Shown: in pieces, positions 60,684 to 64,000 of the stretch
Position numbering within the stretch: position 1 is the first letter of the stretch
How the letters are laid out: each line of letters begins with the position of its first letter
Notes under the pieces: generated by a model
Databases searched by the model: none
What the model was told of the DNA's origin: nothing
What the model saw: only the letters and a program-made list of their open reading frames with translations
Position numbers and translations under genes: made by a program
From: Chloroflexota bacterium
Lineage (GTDB): Bacteria; Chloroflexota; Limnocylindria; Limnocylindrales; CSP1-4
Direction of reading: 5' to 3'
Assembly: GCA_042408445.1 (NCBI GenBank)
Contig: JBHORC010000023.1
Span: 83,403-147,402, forward strand
DNA length: 64,000 nt

Positions 60684-60883
60684 TCCCTCCGGCCGTCACC
60701 GGAGCCGCCGTCCGCTCCCGCCGCCAGCGTGACGCGCCTCCTTTGAGCATCGACTGCCCGTAGCGGTTACCCTGCTCGTAGCAGCTCCGACACGCGTCCG
60801 CATCGCGGTCACGCATTCGTACGGTGTCGGAACGTTGCAAAGATGTGAAAGAATCGGGCGCCCGCCAGACCCCCGATGACCGA

Positions 60884-63538
60884 ATGCGGATGTCGCTGAT
60901 GCGTTTGCGCCGCCTCGCCACCGCCACCCGACGTCTCGGAGCCCGAGCGGGCTCCGGCGCCCGTCGTCGACCCCGGTTCGCCCTGGGCCTGTTCCTCGTC
61001 CTGGCGGGAACGATCCTCGCGGGCTCCGCCGGCCTCGTCCTCCTGACATCGGCGTCGACGCCACCGCCGCCGCTGACCGCAACGACCTTCACGGTCCGGA
61101 GCGGGTGGACGCTCGCCGAGCTCGAGCGACACGTCGAGGACGGTGACGTCGAGGCGATCACCGGGCGGCCGCCGACCTCCGCGCAGCCCGCCGGAGAGCT
61201 CCTCGCCCGGACCCGGGCGGGGCAGGTCGTCTCGATCGACCTCAGCGTGAATGCCGCGGATGCTGTGTCGGCCCTGACCGCCCTCGGCTACAGCCACCTC
61301 TTCACGAGCGAGGCCGCGGCAATCGCCCGGCCGAGCTCCGCGGCTCCGAACCTGATCACGATCATCGTTCCGATCGCCCTCCTCGCCCTGGCGCTCTTCA
61401 TGGTCTGGCGGATGACGCGGCGCGCCTCGCGCGCCTCCCGCGAGGGCGGCACGAAGTTCAAGATGATCCTTCCGGCCGATGCCGCCGCCGCACCCGGCGC
61501 CGTCGGCGGGTCTGTGGGGCGCGGACCAATGTCGCCGTCGGTTGCGCTCGTGGACGTCGCGGGCTGTGACGAGGCGAAGCTCGAGCTCACCGAGACGATC
61601 GAGTTCCTTCGCTCGCCGGACCGCTTCCGCCGGATGGGCGCCCGGATCCCACGCGGGATCATGCTGTTCGGACCTCCCGGCACCGGCAAGACGATGCTCG
61701 CCCGTGCCGTCGCCGCCGAGGCCGGCGTGCCATTCCACTACGCGTCGGGATCGGAGTTCGTCGAGAAGTACGTCGGCGTCGGCGCGAAGCGGATCCGCGA
61801 CCTCTTCGCCCAGGCACGGAAGCTCGGCCGCGGCGTGATCTTCTTCGACGAGTTCGACGCGATCGGCAAGGCTCGCGGCGGCCCGAACAGCCACGAGGAG
61901 CGGGAGCAGACGCTCAACCAGCTGCTCGTCGAGCTGGACGGCTTCGGCTCGACGGATGACGTGATCGTGATCGCCGCGACGAACCGCCTCGACGTGCTCG
62001 ATTCCGCGGTTCTCCGGCCGGGTCGCTTCAACCGCAAGATCCACGTCGGGATGCCGGACGTGAAGGGCCGTCGCGCGATCCTCGACGTCCACGCTCGCAA
62101 CAAGCCGCTCGGCCCGGAGACGGACCTCGAGGAGGTCGCCCGCAAGACGTACGGCTTCTCCGGTGCGATGCTCGCCGACCTCCTCAACGAGGCCGCGATC
62201 CTCGCCGCGCGGCGGGCTTCGGACTCGATCGATCCGGAGGACCTCCACGCCGGCTGGCTGAAGGTTGCGGTCGGCACGTCCCGCCGCCGCTCGATGGACG
62301 AGCGCGAGCGCTCGATCATCGCCGCCCACGAGGTCGGCCACGCGATCTGCGGCAAGGTCCACGGCGACAAGCGGAAGGTCGAGGAGATCTCGCTCTTCGC
62401 CCACGGCGAGGCGCTCGGCGTCACGGTCAGCAGCCAGGAGGACAACGACCTCCCGTCCGAGTCGGACCTGCGGGCCCGCCTCGTCGCCCTCATGGGCGGC
62501 CGGGCTGCCGAGGAGCTCCTCTTCCACGAGGTCACCGGTGGCGCGTCGAACGACTTCGAGGCGGCCAACCGGATCGCGACCGCGATGGTCACGAAGTGGG
62601 GCATGGGTCGGGATCCGGAGGCGGCCGAGGGCGGCATCTCCGGGCGAGGCGCGCTGTCGTTCTTCGTGCCGACCGGCGGTCGATCGCTGCCGTCGGAGAT
62701 CCAGGGCGCCGCGACGCGCGCGATCCGCGCGATCCTCGACGAGGCCTACGCGGAGGCGAGTCGGACGCTGATCGCGAACCTCGAGACGCTCCGTCGCCTG
62801 GCGGCGTACCTCGTCGAGCACGAGCGGGTCGACGGCGCGACGTTCGACGAGCTGTTCGATGGCCGGCGCCCGGTCGCGAACGCCGAGGACGAGTGGCGCG
62901 CCGCAGGTGCGCGACCGCGCGCGTGGGGCGAGGTCGTCGACCTGGCCGACCGCCGGGTCCGCGGCGGTTCCGTTGGATCCAACGCGTCCGCCGAGCAGCC
63001 GGTCCCCGTCCCGTCCGGCAACGTTCCGATGCCCGTCCCCGTCGCGGCTGCCGCGCCGACGCCGTCGGCGGCCATCGGCTCCGCTCTCGCTGTCGGCGCT
63101 TCGCCGGCGGCCGCTTCGGCCGCCGCTCCGGCACCTGCACCGGCCCTCGCCCGCGTGGCTTCCACCGTCGCGGGTGCGTCCAGCGTCGCGGCCGGTGCCG
63201 AGTCCGTGGCTGCCGGGAGCACGACGAGCGTTGCCGACGCGCTCGGCAACCCCAACGAAGTGGTGACTGCGACGGCGGCGGCGACGATCGCCGGATCCGA
63301 GCTGCCCGGCGGGCCGGCAACGACGCCGGCCGCCGCGCCTGGCTCCGTGACGTTCCCCGCGCCGGAGCGCTCGGTCGCGGACGCCGCCAGCGCAGCGGTC
63401 GGCCTTTCCCGCGGCGCGACGGTCCCCTCGACGCCTCGGCGGGCGGCGGCTGCGAACCGCGCCCGCACCTTTGCGGCCGGCTGGCTCCGCCGGGCCGAGC
63501 GAAGGGTCCGGCCGACGCTCGAGCCAGATCAGCTCTAG
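60884..63538 (+). CDS. ftsH: FtsH-like ATP-dependent zinc metalloprotease with ~250-aa Ala/Pro/Ser-rich C-terminal tail
   Basis: Two N-terminal TM helices. AAA+ Walker A GPPGTGKT, Walker B VIFFDEFD, SRH, M41 zinc motif HEVGHAI. ORF opens at GTG 60824; ATG 60884 chosen. TGaAAGAAT extended -10-like element at 60846-60854. Confidence 0.8.
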   Translation: MRMSLMRLRRLATATRRLGARAGSGARRRPRFALGLFLVLAGTILAGSAGLVLLTSASTPPPPLTATTFTVRSGWTLAELERHVEDGDVEAITGRPPTSAQPAGELLARTRAGQVVSIDLSVNAADAVSALTALGYSHLFTSEAAAIARPSSAAPNLITIIVPIALLALALFMVWRMTRRASRASREGGTKFKMILPADAAAAPGAVGGSVGRGPMSPSVALVDVAGCDEAKLELTETIEFLRSPDRFRRMGARIPRGIMLFGPPGTGKTMLARAVAAEAGVPFHYASGSEFVEKYVGVGAKRIRDLFAQARKLGRGVIFFDEFDAIGKARGGPNSHEEREQTLNQLLVELDGFGSTDDVIVIAATNRLDVLDSAVLRPGRFNRKIHVGMPDVKGRRAILDVHARNKPLGPETDLEEVARKTYGFSGAMLADLLNEAAILAARRASDSIDPEDLHAGWLKVAVGTSRRRSMDERERSIIAAHEVGHAICGKVHGDKRKVEEISLFAHGEALGVTVSSQEDNDLPSESDLRARLVALMGGRAAEELLFHEVTGGASNDFEAANRIATAMVTKWGMGRDPEAAEGGISGRGALSFFVPTGGRSLPSEIQGAATRAIRAILDEAYAEASRTLIANLETLRRLAAYLVEHERVDGATFDELFDGRRPVANAEDEWRAAGARPRAWGEVVDLADRRVRGGSVGSNASAEQPVPVPSGNVPMPVPVAAAAPTPSAAIGSALAVGASPAAASAAAPAPAPALARVASTVAGASSVAAGAESVAAGSTTSVADALGNPNEVVTATAAATIAGSELPGGPATTPAAAPGSVTFPAPERSVADAASAAVGLSRGATVPSTPRRAAAANRARTFAAGWLRRAERRVRPTLEPDQL

Positions 63539-63637
63539 GCCGATTCCGGCCTGGCGGGTGACCTCGCGCCGCCAGTCCCGATCAGCGTCGCGGTTCCGGA
63601 GTCCTCCGCGGCCGAGCCGGACGTTACCCTTCGCACC

Positions 63638-64000
63638 GTGACCCTCATCGCCACGTCCGCCCTGACGAAGCGCTACGGCAGCGTCACCGCGCTCGACGGC
63701 CTCACGGTCGAGATCGAGCCCGGGATCATCGGTCTCGTCGGCTCGAACGGCGCCGGCAAGAGCACCCTCATCAAGATCCTGCTCGGCCTCATCGAGCCGA
63801 CGAGCGGCTCGGCGCGGGTCTTCGACCTCGACGTCGCGACGAACGGGATCGCCGTCCGCGAGCTCGTCGGCTACATGCCGGAGCACGACTGCCTCCCCAC
63901 GGACATGTCCGCGACAGACGTCGTTGCTCATCTCGCCCAGGTCTCCGGCCTGCCACGATCCGCCGCCCGCGAGCGCACCGCCGAGGTGCTGCGTCACGTC
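63638..64000 (+). CDS. ABC transporter ATP-binding protein (5' partial, continues beyond window)
   Basis: Walker A GSNGAGKST about 40 aa from the GTG start. Truncated by the window end. Confidence 0.7.
   Translation, partial: MTLIATSALTKRYGSVTALDGLTVEIEPGIIGLVGSNGAGKSTLIKILLGLIEPTSGSARVFDLDVATNGIAVRELVGYMPEHDCLPTDMSATDVVAHLAQVSGLPRSAARERTAEVLRHV

Overview
The window is a 64 kb stretch of high-GC (about 70-73 %) bacterial chromosome, densely coding on both strands. The gene content (F420-type luciferase-like oxidoreductases, Ni-superoxide dismutase with its maturation peptidase, Rrf2/MarR/GntR/LacI regulators, leaderless-looking starts, frequent GTG/TTG starts) suggests a high-GC Actinomycetota-like genome; no finer placement is possible from sequence alone. 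Ordinary chromosomal content includes pyrE, a fused ctaA-ctaB heme A biosynthesis gene, a potABCD-like polyamine ABC transporter operon, xthA, a DinB-family protein, lysA, htpX, an ftsH-like protease, tRNA-Gly(UCC), a LOG-family protein and MFS/MarR and GNAT genes. The most coherent island, about 39.7-56.3 kb, is an alpha-glucan (glycogen-type) metabolic cluster. It holds a GH13-like amylase fused to an alpha/beta-hydrolase domain, two tandem GH57 enzymes, a LacI-family regulator with AAACCGGTTT operator palindromes, a GH13 hydrolase, alpha-glucan phosphorylase (glgP) and glycogen synthase (glgA). A copper nitrite reductase (nirK) with an N-terminal cupredoxin domain sits next to an NsrR-like Rrf2 regulator. 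A sodN-sodX Ni-SOD pair has an upstream palindrome. A 41-aa membrane-peptide ORF has a near-consensus promoter, RBS and hairpin but was missed by the ORF track. A SIS-domain gene is flanked by two F420-type LLM oxidoreductases. A 91-bp tandem repeat lies in a convergent intergenic gap. I found no CRISPR array, transposase, integrase, phage block or recognisable defence system; no known system type is present and no single cassette stands out as obviously unprecedented. Many long ORFs in the supplied track are antisense or chimeric artefacts of the high GC content and were rejected. Start codons are often ambiguous, GTG/TTG alternatives are noted in the evidence, and non-CDS coordinates should be read as +/- a few bp.
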